Shown in pieces: positions 29,145 to 39,684 of a stretch of 64,000 nucleotides of DNA. A program made the position numbers and the translations under genes. Position 1 is the stretch's first letter; every line of letters starts with the position of its first letter. The notes beneath the pieces are model-generated. The model searched no databases. It worked only from the letters and a program-made list of their open reading frames with translations, and was not told the origin of the DNA. Source of the DNA: an uncultured Candidatus Binatia bacterium (GTDB lineage Bacteria > Desulfobacterota > Binatia > Bin18); the NCBI GenBank assembly GCA_965200965.1, contig OZ241744.1:160001-224000 (forward strand), in the 5' to 3' direction.

Positions 29145-30749
29145 ATGAAACGCTCCGCCGCCCGCCGCCCGCCCGCTCCGCTTCTGAGCACGGCTCCGAA
29201 CTATCCCCGGTGGCGGGCGAGCGGGATGGCGGCACTCAGCCTCGTCTTGCTGTCCGCCCCGCAGCTCAGCGCCCAGACGGCCAAGCTCTATCTGGACTCC
29301 GCGGTCGCGGCCATGGGCGGGACCGAGGCCCTGCTGGCAATTCAGAGCCAGCAGATCATGGCCTGCGGAGAAAACTTCGAACCCGCCCATGCTATTCGTC
29401 CCGGCGGCCCAGCGCCCAAGGTCTCGCGCTTCTGCTATATCCTGCTGCGCGACTTTGCCGGCGGCCGCTACCGCTATGAGTGGCAACGCGACACCTTTTT
29501 CCCGGTTCCAGACCGGTCAAGCTACACAGAAATCAGCGACGGCTACAGCGGCCTTATCCTTGGTGCCGATGGCCCACGCAGCCCCCGCCAGCGGCCGGCG
29601 TCGGCCGCCCGGATTGCCATGCGCAAAAAAGAACTTGGCCGGTCGCCCGTCTCGGTGCTGCTGACGGCTCTGTCCCGACAGACCTCGCTCCTGCGGCTGC
29701 GCGATCAGCTCATTCGTGGGCGGCTGCACCATGTGATCGCCTACGATGACGGCGGGAAATCGGTCGTGGCCGCCCTCGACGCCCGGACCCGCCTGCTGAC
29801 CAGAGTCCAGTTTCTCGAAGATGATCCCCTGTACGGCGATAGCCACAACGAACTCTTCTTCGCCGATTGGCGGCAGGTGGGTGAGATCACAATGCCATTT
29901 TCCTCCCTGTGGCGGGTGAACGGCCAACGCATTATGACCGAACGAGTTGAGTCGATTGACAGTAACGTCCCGATTGCAGACGACGCCTTTGCGCTGCCGC
30001 CGCATATTGTACAGGCCGATAATGGCAGTCCGGCCCGGGGTGAATTGAGCTCGCACTGGCTGTTGCGCCAGATCGCTATGGCCAGCCCGGTGGATGAGGA
30101 GCAAACCCGGATTCGGATGCGTGATGTCGCCCCAGGGGTGGTGCATGTCACCGGAGGCAGCCATCACAGCTTGGGCATCGCCATGACCGACCACATCATC
30201 GTTGTGGAAGCTCCGCTGTACGAGGCGCGCTCGCTGCGGGTTATTGACAGCCTGGAGCGGCGGTTTCCCGGTAAACCCCTGCGGACGGTCATCAATACCC
30301 ATTTTCATGCTGACCACGCCGGCGGACTGCGAACCTATGTCGCGGCCGGCATCAGCCTGGTCACCAGCCAGGCCAACGCGGCGTTTTTGCAACGGATTGT
30401 AGATGCCCCGCATACCGTTATGCCCGACCGTTTGCAGCACTCTCCGAGGCCGGTGGTTATTGAAACCGTTGGGCGGGACAAGAAAGTCCTGACCGACGGC
30501 CCCAGGACGGTCGAGATCTATCCGGTTGACACCTCGCACGCCGAGGGCATGTTGATGGTGTTTCTGCCCCAAGACAAGCTGCTGTTTGTGGCCGACCTGT
30601 TCTCTCCAGGCTCCCGGCGTCAGGTTCGAGCCGGGAGCCAGGAGGTGCTGGCGGCGATTGAAGCCTACGGCCTCGAGGTCAAGCGGCTGGTCGGGGGACA
30701 GGGCGGTCTGGCTCTCATCGCCGAGTTGTACCAGGCAGCCGATGAGTGA
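29145..30749 (+). CDS. Exported MBL-fold metallo-hydrolase with N-terminal extension (start uncertain)
   Basis: Signal-peptide-like LSLVLLSAPQLSA; NTHFHADHAGG, HAEGML, FVADL. Confidence 0.8.
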   Translation: MKRSAARRPPAPLLSTAPNYPRWRASGMAALSLVLLSAPQLSAQTAKLYLDSAVAAMGGTEALLAIQSQQIMACGENFEPAHAIRPGGPAPKVSRFCYILLRDFAGGRYRYEWQRDTFFPVPDRSSYTEISDGYSGLILGADGPRSPRQRPASAARIAMRKKELGRSPVSVLLTALSRQTSLLRLRDQLIRGRLHHVIAYDDGGKSVVAALDARTRLLTRVQFLEDDPLYGDSHNELFFADWRQVGEITMPFSSLWRVNGQRIMTERVESIDSNVPIADDAFALPPHIVQADNGSPARGELSSHWLLRQIAMASPVDEEQTRIRMRDVAPGVVHVTGGSHHSLGIAMTDHIIVVEAPLYEARSLRVIDSLERRFPGKPLRTVINTHFHADHAGGLRTYVAAGISLVTSQANAAFLQRIVDAPHTVMPDRLQHSPRPVVIETVGRDKKVLTDGPRTVEIYPVDTSHAEGMLMVFLPQDKLLFVADLFSPGSRRQVRAGSQEVLAAIEAYGLEVKRLVGGQGGLALIAELYQAADE

Positions 30750-31206
30750 GCACGACGACTGGATGGCCCGGGCGCTTGACCAAGCCCGGTGTGCCGAGCA
30801 GGCCGGCGAGGTGCCGGTCGGCGCGCTGGTCGTCCGGGACGGCACATGTCTCGGCCGGGGTCATAACCGGCCGATCGGCCGCCATGATCCGACCGCCCAC
30901 GCCGAGATTCAGGCCGTGCGTGAAGCCGCGCGGACGGTCGGCAATTACCGGCTGCCTGGCGCGACCCTGTACGTCACGCTTGAGCCGTGTGTGATGTGCA
31001 TGGGGGCGCTCATTCAGGCCCGGGTCGGGCGGCTGGTCTTTGGCTGTCCTGATCCCAGGGCCGGGGCGGCTGGCTCGGTGTATGACTTGGCGCATGACGC
31101 GCGTCTGAATCACCGGATTGAGGTTGTGGCCGGGGTCCAGGCCCAAGATGGCCAAGCCCTGTTGCGGCGTTTCTTCCAGGCCAGGCGTACAGGCAGCCCG
31201 GGCTAA
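30742..31206 (+). CDS. tadA: tRNA adenosine(34) deaminase
   Basis: GEVPVGA, DPTAHAE, LEPCVMC, LNH. Confidence 0.95.
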   Translation: MSEHDDWMARALDQARCAEQAGEVPVGALVVRDGTCLGRGHNRPIGRHDPTAHAEIQAVREAARTVGNYRLPGATLYVTLEPCVMCMGALIQARVGRLVFGCPDPRAGAAGSVYDLAHDARLNHRIEVVAGVQAQDGQALLRRFFQARRTGSPG

Positions 31207-31273
31207 GGCACCGCTGTCCCAGCGCTCTTTACGCCTGTAACGGAAATGCCGTATAGTACACACTCAGCCGTGT

Positions 31274-31365
<92 letters not shown>

Positions 31366-31434
31366 ACGGATGACGCCCGGCTTGAACCGGCTCCCCTGGC
31401 AGGGGCGTGATCCTGTATACGAAGACGCGCAGCC

Positions 31435-32643
31435 ATGGATATTGGAATCGGTATCGCCCTGCTGGCCGGCTTTCTGTCGTTTGCCTCTCCGTGTGTCTTG
31501 CCCATTGTACCCGGCTATCTGACGTTTATTACCGGCCTGAGCTTTGATGAGCTGAGCCAGGGGCGCTCACGGGTCATACTGGGCGGCCTGCTGAAGAGCC
31601 TGCCGTTTGTGCTGGGTTTCTCGCTGGTCTTCATTGCGCTCGGTGCCGGCGCGTCAGCGCTGAGTGTCCTGCTGCGCTCACATCTCGGTTTGCTCAAGGG
31701 TATTGCTGGCGCTGGGATCATGCTGCTCGGGCTTCACCTGACCGGGCTTGTTCCCATCCCCGGTCTGTCACGAGAGCGCCGTTTTTCCGGCCAGGACACG
31801 CCGCCCGGAATGGTCCGGGCGTTTGTTGCCGGACTGCTGTTCGCCTTTGGCTGGACCCCATGTGTGGGACCGATCCTGGCCGCTATTCTGGCCCTGGCGG
31901 CCACCGCCGAGACCCTGGGCCAAGGGGTGTTGCTGCTGGCCGTCTATTCGCTCGGTCTGGGCATTCCGTTCATCCTGGCAGCCGCCTTTTTGAACGGATT
32001 TCTGGCCATGTTTGGCGGGCTGAAAGCCCATCTGCGCCGGCTTGAGATTGCCGGCGGCACCTTGCTGATGGTGGTCGGAGTTCTGGTCTTCAACGACAAA
32101 ATGTCGTGGCTCTCCTCCCGCCTGACGTTTCTCAACCCTGAAGAGTTGCTGGTTGCGACTGAGCCGGCAGCTCCAGCGGCGCACAACCCGGCTGAGAGCC
32201 GCTACGGCAGCTATAATTTCACCCTTACCACGATTGATAGCGAGCAGGTCAGCCTGGCCGACTATTACGGCAAGGTCGTCCTGGTCAACTTCTGGGCACC
32301 CTGGTGCGGCCCGTGTGTGGTTGAGACGCCGGCCCTGGTGCGGATGTATGACAAGTACAAGAGCCAGGGCTTTGCGGTCATTGGCGTCGCCCTCCAGAGC
32401 GAAGAGGACGGGGTCAAGCAGTTTGTTGAAACATACCGCATCCCCTACGCCATTGGTCGGGATACCGAGCAGGCCATCGGTCTGCGCTACCAGGTGTTTG
32501 CCCTGCCCAGCAGCTTTCTGTTCTCGCCCGACGGCAAGGTCAAGCGGGCCTTTACCGGGTTTATCGCCGAAGAAGCCCTCGAGGCCGAGCTGAAAAAGCT
32601 GCTGCCGGCCCCGCCACCGCAGCGTATGGCCCGTCAACCCTAG
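31435..32643 (+). CDS. CcdA (DsbD-type) cytochrome c biogenesis protein fused to a TlpA-like thioredoxin
   Basis: SPCVLP and WTPCVGPIL in the membrane domain; VNFWAPWCGPC in the C-terminal domain. Confidence 0.92.
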   Translation: MDIGIGIALLAGFLSFASPCVLPIVPGYLTFITGLSFDELSQGRSRVILGGLLKSLPFVLGFSLVFIALGAGASALSVLLRSHLGLLKGIAGAGIMLLGLHLTGLVPIPGLSRERRFSGQDTPPGMVRAFVAGLLFAFGWTPCVGPILAAILALAATAETLGQGVLLLAVYSLGLGIPFILAAAFLNGFLAMFGGLKAHLRRLEIAGGTLLMVVGVLVFNDKMSWLSSRLTFLNPEELLVATEPAAPAAHNPAESRYGSYNFTLTTIDSEQVSLADYYGKVVLVNFWAPWCGPCVVETPALVRMYDKYKSQGFAVIGVALQSEEDGVKQFVETYRIPYAIGRDTEQAIGLRYQVFALPSSFLFSPDGKVKRAFTGFIAEEALEAELKKLLPAPPPQRMARQP

Positions 32644-32663
32644 ACAGGGTGGGGGGAAGAAGC

Positions 32664-32753
32664 ATGATCCAGGGTATGTTTCACATCAATATCAAGGTGA
32701 CCAACTGTGAACACGCACTCGGATGTTCCCACATGATGGGCTTCAGATTATAG
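32664..32753 (+). pseudogene. Remnant of a VOC/glyoxalase-family gene
   Basis: RBS GGGGAAG; MIQGMFHINIKVTNCEHALGCSHMMGF resembles the VOC N-terminus (H-x-x-I-x-V...GF); stops after 29 aa. Confidence 0.45.
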
Positions 32754-32756
32754 CCT

Positions 32757-33104
32757 ATGCCGACCGCCACAAAAAAACGTATCTACCGGGTCGTTTTCTC
32801 AAATCACGGACAGGTCTACGAAGTCTACGCCAAAAGTGTGAGCCAGGGCGGCCTGTTTGGCTTTGTCGAGGTCGAAGGGCTGATCTTTGGCGAAAAGACC
32901 AGCTTGGTCGTCGATCCTTCAGAGGAAAGCTTACAGCGTGAGTTTTCGGGCGTCGAGCGAACCCATATTCCCCTGCACACCGTTATCCGCATCGACGAGG
33001 TTGAGAAACGCGGCTCCAGCACGATCCGCGTCGTGCCCGAATCCAGCGACAAGGTTACGCCCCTGCCAACGCCGATCTACACGCCGACAAAGCCCGACAG
33101 CTAG
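32757..33104 (+). CDS. DUF1820 family protein
   Basis: IYRVVFSNHGQVYEVYA, VVDPSEE, IRIDEVEKRG. Confidence 0.85.
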   Translation: MPTATKKRIYRVVFSNHGQVYEVYAKSVSQGGLFGFVEVEGLIFGEKTSLVVDPSEESLQREFSGVERTHIPLHTVIRIDEVEKRGSSTIRVVPESSDKVTPLPTPIYTPTKPDS

Positions 33105-33134
33105 ACCCCGCTCCCCAAGGATGGAACGACAGGC

Positions 33135-34691
33135 ATGAGCTGGCAGAAGGAAGTTGACGGCCTTGAACTCCGTCGCCGGCTGGCCCTCGAACACGGCGGT
33201 CCAGAGGCGGTCAAGCAGCAGCAGGCCAAAGGGCGACTGGCCATTCGCGAGCGTTGTGCCGGGCTTCTTGATGAGGGGTCGTTTCGTGAGCAGGGCCGGA
33301 TTGCCGGCTATGCAGAAACCGATGACAGCGGCCAGTTGCGGGCCTTCTCGCCGGCCAACTATGTGCTCGGCTTTGGCAAGATCAACGGCCGGCCGTGTGT
33401 AGTTGGCGGCGAAGACTTTACCCTGCGGGGCGGCTCACCTACGCCGGCCGGCCTGCGCAAGAGCGTGTATATTGAAGAGTTGGCCGCCCAGTACCGCGTT
33501 CCCCTGATCCGCTTTCTGGAGGGCGGCGGGGGCAGCGTGCCGCGCGGCAAAGGCCAGGGCGGGGGTGACGGCGGCAGCGCGGCTAACGCGCCCCACCGCT
33601 TTCTGTCGGTCATGCGCGTCATGGGCGTGGTCCCGGTCGTCTCCGCCGCGGTCGGGGCGGTTGCGGGTCTGCCCGCGGCCAGACTTGTCGCCTCGCACTT
33701 TTCGGTCATGACCAAACATACCGCCCAGGTGATGATTGCCGGGCCAGCGATTGTCGAGCGGGCCTTTGGCCGCCTCTACAGCAAAGAAGAGTTGGGCGGG
33801 CCGCAGGTGCATCTGGCCAGCGGGGTGGTCGATAATGTGGCCGACGATGAACATGGGGTACTGGACCTGATCCGCCGCTTTCTCAGCTATCTGCCGAGCA
33901 ATATCTGGGAGACGCCCCCGCTGGCCGACTGCAACGATGACCCCAACCGCCAGGACGAAGCACTGCTCTCAATCATTCCGCGCAACCGCCGGCGGGCCTA
34001 TCCGATGCGGCGGATTATTGAGGCCGTTGTTGACCGTGGCTCGTTTTTTGAGCTGGCCCCGCAGTACGGACAGTCGCAGATCACCGGCCTGGCCCGGCTG
34101 AACGGTCATCCGGTCGGGGTGCTGGCCAACGATCCGAGGTGGTTTGCCGGGGCCATGACTGCTGCCGCCGCCCAGAAAGTACGTCGCTTCGTTGATCTGT
34201 GCGACACGTTTCACCTGCCGGTGGTGAGCCTGGTTGACGAGCCGGGTTTCATGATCGGCCCTGAAGCCGAACAGGCGGCCACCATCCGCCACGGCACGGC
34301 CACCCTGTTTGCCATCATGCAGTCCAGCGTCCCCTGGATCTCGGTCATTGTGCGCAAGATGTACGGCGTGGCCGGGGCGGCCCACTTTGCCTCGGGTGGC
34401 ACAGTCCTGGCCTGGCCGTCGGCCGAGACCGGGGCGCTGCCGATTGAGGGCGGCGTGGCGGTGGCGTTTCGCCGCGAGATTGCCGCCGCGCCCGACCCGG
34501 ACGCCAAGCGTCGCGAGATTGAGGAGCGCATCGCCGGCCAGCGCAACCCCTACACCCGGGCCGAGAACTTCAGCATCCACGATATGATTGATCCCCGCCA
34601 CACGCGACCGTCCCTGTGTGACTGGGTTGAACTGATCCAGCCCCAGTTGAAAGCCCACCTCGGCCCCCGGGCGTATACAATCCGGCCCTAG
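33135..34691 (+). CDS. Acyl-CoA carboxylase carboxyltransferase (beta) subunit
   Basis: DFTLRGGS, EELGG, GVVDN, GLARLNG, VDEPGFMIG, IDPRHTR. Confidence 0.9.
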   Translation: MSWQKEVDGLELRRRLALEHGGPEAVKQQQAKGRLAIRERCAGLLDEGSFREQGRIAGYAETDDSGQLRAFSPANYVLGFGKINGRPCVVGGEDFTLRGGSPTPAGLRKSVYIEELAAQYRVPLIRFLEGGGGSVPRGKGQGGGDGGSAANAPHRFLSVMRVMGVVPVVSAAVGAVAGLPAARLVASHFSVMTKHTAQVMIAGPAIVERAFGRLYSKEELGGPQVHLASGVVDNVADDEHGVLDLIRRFLSYLPSNIWETPPLADCNDDPNRQDEALLSIIPRNRRRAYPMRRIIEAVVDRGSFFELAPQYGQSQITGLARLNGHPVGVLANDPRWFAGAMTAAAAQKVRRFVDLCDTFHLPVVSLVDEPGFMIGPEAEQAATIRHGTATLFAIMQSSVPWISVIVRKMYGVAGAAHFASGGTVLAWPSAETGALPIEGGVAVAFRREIAAAPDPDAKRREIEERIAGQRNPYTRAENFSIHDMIDPRHTRPSLCDWVELIQPQLKAHLGPRAYTIRP

Positions 34692-34711
34692 CCGTGATGC
34701 GAGGAAGAACT

Positions 34712-35602
34712 ATGAGCGTGACTTTGGATTGGCTCGGCTGCGCCACATTTCGGCTCAGCATTGACGGGCTGGTTGTTTTTCTGGACGCCTATATTGACCG
34801 CGTACCGAGCGCGGCCCAAACCGGCATGACCACCGAGGATGTGCATCAGGCCGACTGGATTGTGGTTGGTCACTCACATTTCGATCATCTGTACGGGGCT
34901 GAGCGAATTGCCAAAGCGACCGGGGCGACCATTATCGGCTCCTACGAGTCCATCCGCATCATGGCCGCTCAGGGCGTCCCGGAGGACCAGCTCATGCCGG
35001 TGGCGGGCGGTGAAAACATTCAGCTTGCACCACAGGTGACGGTCAATGTGTACCCCAGCCAGCACTCGTGTGTGTGGTCAAAGACGGCCATGCCGGACTC
35101 CGACGCGGTGTGTATCGGGGAGTTGGGCGTGACCTACCAGGAGCAGGCCGAGCGGCTCAAAGACTTATGGGCCCAGCTCAGCGCGCTGGGCGGGGAAGTA
35201 CTCGAACACCTCAAAGTCTCGGCCCAGGGTGCGCGCGGCGACGGCGGAGCGCTGGTGTATCTGTTTGAAACGCCACACGGCTCATTGCTGTATCAAGACA
35301 CGTCTGGACACTGGAGCGGCATTGTGCGCAATCTGCGTCCCGATGTGGCGATTGTTGCCGCGGCCGGTCGGGGTAACATCGACGGTGAGCCGATTCAGGG
35401 CTCGCTGGCCCAGTTTGTTGCCCGCCAAGTCGAGATGCTCCGCCCCCAGGGGGTTGTTCTGGGCCACCACGACAACTGGCTGCCAGGTTTCTCCAAGGCG
35501 ATTGATACAGCACCGATTCGGCAGGAACTGGCCCGCTGGGTGCCACGGACAAAACTGCTTGAGATGGGCTATCTGGAGGCGTATCCGATTTTTGAGGGGT
35601 GA
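34712..35602 (+). CDS. MBL-fold metallo-hydrolase
   Basis: WLGCATF, GHSHFDH, GHHD. Confidence 0.85.
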   Translation: MSVTLDWLGCATFRLSIDGLVVFLDAYIDRVPSAAQTGMTTEDVHQADWIVVGHSHFDHLYGAERIAKATGATIIGSYESIRIMAAQGVPEDQLMPVAGGENIQLAPQVTVNVYPSQHSCVWSKTAMPDSDAVCIGELGVTYQEQAERLKDLWAQLSALGGEVLEHLKVSAQGARGDGGALVYLFETPHGSLLYQDTSGHWSGIVRNLRPDVAIVAAAGRGNIDGEPIQGSLAQFVARQVEMLRPQGVVLGHHDNWLPGFSKAIDTAPIRQELARWVPRTKLLEMGYLEAYPIFEG

Positions 35603-37044
35603 GCCGACGGGGCTGCTGTCGCCGCTTGACTACGTCGCTCGTCAAGCAGCCGGTGTAGCTCGATGTGGCGCTGGCGGCTGAGGCTGATGCGGCTGAGCAG
35701 GACCAGCGGAATCAGAAAGCTGGCCGACAGCCCCGGCCCGACAATAAAGCCCAGATTCCACACCACATCGGGGTTAAGCGTGCCCGGGGCCGCCCCTGGG
35801 TCCAGCCCGACCAGATCAATCACTATCCCGCCGGCCAGCTGCCCAAAGCCGGTGGTAGCCTTGGTGGCAAACGCCTGACCGGCGTAGAACACACCCTCTT
35901 TGCGCGTGCCGGTGTCATACTCGTGTTCGTCAATAATGTCAGCAACGATGGACGGGACCATGATCTGGGTCAGGACGAGGGCTGTGACCCCGACATAGCT
36001 CTGGGCCAGGGCCAGAGGAAACAGCCACGGGTCGCCGTTGGCCGGCAGGACATCGATCAGCCGCAGGCTGAACCACCAGCCGCCGTTCAGAATGGCGACG
36101 CCCAGCGCCAGCAGCAGAATCCGGCTTTTTTCCAGCCGCCGGCCGAGCGGTCTGACCAGGGCAAAGGCACTGCCGGTGGCCAGCAGAAACGGGATGGCGA
36201 ACAGGGCGAGTTGCCGGGCCGAAAACTCCCAGAAGTAGGTGTTCACATACAGCAGCAGGCTGGCGTAGAGGCCGCTGCTGCCCAGCGCAAACAGCAGGGC
36301 GACAAACAGCCAGCGGAAGTTGTGGTTGCCGAGAGCGTGGTACATGTCGATGAACGGCTGGCGCAGGCGAAAGGTTTGGGGCGCGGCCGGCGGGACCGGC
36401 AGATGGGGAATCTCGCGCCAGGTGAAGATGCAGGTGAGCGCTCCGACGAGCAGCACAAAGCCGGCCGACAGGTTGCCGTAGACCGTGTAGTTCTCGGCGA
36501 TAAGTCGTCCGTCTGTGCCGTCCTGGGGCTGAAACACAAAGGCCAGCGACAGGGCCGGCAGGGCCACGCCGGCCAGCCAGCCGAGCGAGGTCTTATAGCC
36601 CATGATGACCGACCGTTCTTCGTAGTCCTGGGACAGTTCTGCGCCGAGGGCGTCGTGGGGGATGGAGAAGATCGTCAGAAAGGTCCGCAGCAGGACCGAC
36701 ACCACGCTCAGCCACACAAAGGTGGTGAACTCGTCCAGATCCGAGGGGGGAGAGAACAGGAAGACAAACGACACGGCCAGGGGCACGAGGGCGGCGGCCA
36801 TCAGCGGGTGTCGGCGGCCGTAGCGGGAGCGGTAGTTATCGGAAAAGGAGCCGACGATGGGGTCGCTGAAGGCGTCGCTGCACAAGCCGATCAGGGCCGC
36901 CAAGCCGGTCAGTGTGCCCGATACACCCAGGACCTGGGTGTAGTAGAACATCACAAAGTTGACGAAGGCGGCGTCTTTGGCGGCAAAGGCCATGCGGCCG
37001 ATGCCGTAGGCGAGTTTGGTCCTGAGGCTGAGTGTCCGGTTCAC
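35569..37044 (-). CDS. MFS transporter, glycoside-pentoside-hexuronide family
   Basis: KLAYGIG, DAFSDPIVG, GRRHP, ELSQDYEER, ADIIDE..GTRKEG. Confidence 0.9.
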   Translation of the reverse strand: MNRTLSLRTKLAYGIGRMAFAAKDAAFVNFVMFYYTQVLGVSGTLTGLAALIGLCSDAFSDPIVGSFSDNYRSRYGRRHPLMAAALVPLAVSFVFLFSPPSDLDEFTTFVWLSVVSVLLRTFLTIFSIPHDALGAELSQDYEERSVIMGYKTSLGWLAGVALPALSLAFVFQPQDGTDGRLIAENYTVYGNLSAGFVLLVGALTCIFTWREIPHLPVPPAAPQTFRLRQPFIDMYHALGNHNFRWLFVALLFALGSSGLYASLLLYVNTYFWEFSARQLALFAIPFLLATGSAFALVRPLGRRLEKSRILLLALGVAILNGGWWFSLRLIDVLPANGDPWLFPLALAQSYVGVTALVLTQIMVPSIVADIIDEHEYDTGTRKEGVFYAGQAFATKATTGFGQLAGGIVIDLVGLDPGAAPGTLNPDVVWNLGFIVGPGLSASFLIPLVLLSRISLSRQRHIELHRLLDERRSQAATAAPSAHPSKIGYASR

Positions 37045-37273
37045 AGGCGGTCCTTGGGCGGCATATTAGCCGGGGCTGGACTGGGCTTGTCAATGGGGCG
37101 CAGACCTTTTCAGGCCGGGTCCTCAGCCGTGCTTGAGCCAAGGCTGCGCGTTTTTGAAAATGACTGCCACGAACGTCAGGTCTCCGACATGTTCTTGCTC
37201 GGCCCGGAAGCCTGGGCTAGTTTCGCCGCGTGGAAGACGAAGGCAGAGCGATGCATCCAGGAAGGAGGACGAT

Positions 37274-37729
37274 ATGGACGAACCGCATGTCCGGGGCTGG
37301 CGCAAGCCGGCTGAGCAGGCTGGCGGCTTCCGTCATGCGGTGGCCGCTACGCAGTCCGACAGCCTGAGGGTTGAGGTGCAGGCCGGACCGTTTGCCTGGA
37401 CCCTTGATGAGCCGCAGGCAATGGGCGGGCGGGGGAGTGCGCCGGACCCGGTGACAGCGTTTCTGGGCGCGCTGTGCGGTTGTCTGCTGCTGTCGGTGCA
37501 GATTACGGCCCGGGCCCGGGGGGTTCCGCTGGACGGGGCGACGATCTCGGCCAAGGCGAATGAAAAGGGCTTTGTGAAAACGATTGCGCTCAGGCTGACC
37601 GTCCGCAGCAGCGCGCCCCAAGAGCAGGTCCGCACAATTGTCGAGCGGGCGGAGAGGGGCTGTTACATCAAGGGGCTGCTCAAAGAGGCGCTTGATTACC
37701 GGCTGAGCCTGGAGCTTGAGATGGTCTGA
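37274..37729 (+). CDS. OsmC/Ohr family protein
   Basis: DEP..MGG.GSAPDP...LGALCGC and AERGCY; RBS AGGAGG. Confidence 0.85.
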   Translation: MDEPHVRGWRKPAEQAGGFRHAVAATQSDSLRVEVQAGPFAWTLDEPQAMGGRGSAPDPVTAFLGALCGCLLLSVQITARARGVPLDGATISAKANEKGFVKTIALRLTVRSSAPQEQVRTIVERAERGCYIKGLLKEALDYRLSLELEMV

Positions 37730-37795
37730 GGGGAAGGGACAGGGCCGGCCTTGCGGGGGAAGGAGCAGGCTGCTGTTGCTGGGGCAGCAGCCGGT

Positions 37796-37889
37796 TGCCT
37801 GAAAACGGGGCAGGTCGGTGGCAGCTGCTCCAAAAAAGGCGTGCGGATTTGGGCATTTGGCCGGAGGCGATTTCGGCATCGTTCTTGCT
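37796..37889 (+). promoter_or_regulatory. Putative NtrC-like enhancer site and sigma54 -24/-12 promoter upstream of phaEC
   Basis: TGCCTGAAAACGGGGCA (TGC-N11-GCA, 37796-37812) and CGGCATCGTTCTTGCT (GG-N10-GC, 37874-37889). Confidence 0.5.
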
Positions 37890-38083
37890 CGTGTCATCTG
37901 ACTGCAAGAAACATCTCACGCCGGCTTCACAGGTTTGTCACCAAAGAGACATGAAATGCAGCTAAGCAGAACAAAACACCGGCGGGAGTCACCTGGGTGA
38001 CGAAGGCCGGCTTGAGGAGCGGCAGGCGGCTGCATTATCGTGCCTGCACGAGCAAGAATGGACAGGGAGAAGGAGACCAGAGC

Positions 38084-38542
38084 ATGGCAGAGACGGCAAT
38101 GAAGAGAGGGATGAACGAGTTCCTGACCGCCTGTACGGCCCTGTGTGTGGATCTGCCGTTCGCCGGCCTGCGGATGGGGCTGGGGATGAGCAACGAGAAG
38201 GAAGCGACTGAGGCGGCCTGGAAGGGCTATGACGCCACAGTCAGGCTCACCTCCACGGCCATTGATGAGCTGTACCGCAACCCGCTCGTGGGTCAGCTTG
38301 CGGCCTCGGCCCTGGACGGGATGCTGCGCGTCCAGAGGGCCGGCACTGCTCTGACCGGGGCAGCGTTCACCGGCCTGTGGCGGGCCGTCGGCCTGCCGAC
38401 CGCGGCAGAGGTCCAGACCCTGCGCGAAGAAGTCCGCGCCCTGGCCGAGAAGAGCCAGCCGGTTGAGGTGCAGGTCAAGCCCAGAATCAAGCCGGCGGCC
38501 AAGACCAGCGAAGTGGTCCATCTCCACAGCAAAGTGGCCTAG
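38084..38542 (+). CDS. phaE: PhaE-like/PHA synthase accessory subunit (short)
   Basis: GLPTAAEVQTLREEVRAL coiled-coil resembling the PhaE C-terminus; directly upstream of class III phaC. Confidence 0.55.
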   Translation: MAETAMKRGMNEFLTACTALCVDLPFAGLRMGLGMSNEKEATEAAWKGYDATVRLTSTAIDELYRNPLVGQLAASALDGMLRVQRAGTALTGAAFTGLWRAVGLPTAAEVQTLREEVRALAEKSQPVEVQVKPRIKPAAKTSEVVHLHSKVA

Positions 38543-38561
38543 CCCAGACGAGGACCGAACG

Positions 38562-39647
38562 ATGTCTGTACTCACCGAACTTCCCAAATACTGGCTTGAC
38601 GGCGCGGTGCGCGGCCTGCACGGCTTCCGCCGCGGGATTGGCGAAGCCTACCCGGCTGGGGAAGATCCGCCCCCGACCACCCCGTATGAACTGGTCTATG
38701 AGGGCGGCAAAACCCGCCTGCGCTACTATCCAGCGATTGGCCGGCCGCTGGCCACCCCGATCCTGATCTGCTACTCGCTGGTCAAGCGGCCCTTCATCCT
38801 GGATCTCCTGCCCGGCCGCAGCGTGGTTGAAACCCTGACGAAGAGCGGCCTGGAGGTCTATTTCATCGACTGGGTTCCGCCCACCCAGGCCGACAGTTGG
38901 CGGGGCTTTGACGCCTATGTCAACGGCGACTTGGCCAACGCGGTGCGGGCCATCCAGATCCGTGAGGGTGTCGATCGGGTGTCGCTGCTCGGCTACTGCT
39001 TTGGCGGCCTGCTGACCACCATGTACGCCGCCCTGTATCCAGACCAGATCAGGAATCTGGTCAACTTCACCCTGCCGTTCGACATGAGTGTGCGTGAGTT
39101 GCCGACCCAGGCCCTGATGGAAAAGATATCGCCCCAGACCATGAAGCTGATGACTGAGGTCTACGGCAACTGCCCGGCCTGGTTCATGAAAGCCTCGTTT
39201 GACGCAATGGCCCCGGTCCATCATGCACTGGATAAATATGTCGGCCTGTATCGGGGCAGGGAGAACAAGGACTATGTCCAGATGTTTGACCTGTTCGAGA
39301 AATGGATGAACAGCGATGTGCCAATGGCCGGCCAGATTTTCCGCGAAACGATTGAAGAGTTGTCCCGGAAAAACGCCCTGGTCAAAAACGAGTTTCAGAT
39401 TCGGGGCCAAGCCGTTGATCTTCAGAACATCACCTGTCCGGTGCTGAATGTCATTGGCCAGCACGACGATGTGGTGCATCCCAAGTCCAGCCTGCCCCTC
39501 GTTGAGCTGGTCGGTGGTGAAGATGCGACCAACCTGGTCTTTCCGACCGGCCATATCGGGGCCGCGGTCAGCACCAGTGCCCAGAAAAAACTCTGGCCCC
39601 AGGTTGGCAGGTGGCTGCGTGAGCGGGACAGCCTGCTCGGTCACTGA
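38562..39647 (+). CDS. phaC: Class III poly(hydroxyalkanoate) synthase PhaC
   Basis: ILDLLPGRS, YFIDW, lipase box GYCFGG, catalytic D (HDDVV) and H (TGHIG). Confidence 0.88.
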   Translation: MSVLTELPKYWLDGAVRGLHGFRRGIGEAYPAGEDPPPTTPYELVYEGGKTRLRYYPAIGRPLATPILICYSLVKRPFILDLLPGRSVVETLTKSGLEVYFIDWVPPTQADSWRGFDAYVNGDLANAVRAIQIREGVDRVSLLGYCFGGLLTTMYAALYPDQIRNLVNFTLPFDMSVRELPTQALMEKISPQTMKLMTEVYGNCPAWFMKASFDAMAPVHHALDKYVGLYRGRENKDYVQMFDLFEKWMNSDVPMAGQIFRETIEELSRKNALVKNEFQIRGQAVDLQNITCPVLNVIGQHDDVVHPKSSLPLVELVGGEDATNLVFPTGHIGAAVSTSAQKKLWPQVGRWLRERDSLLGH

Positions 39648-39684
39648 GCGCCGTAGCGGGCGCTGACCCACCGCATCAACAGAC

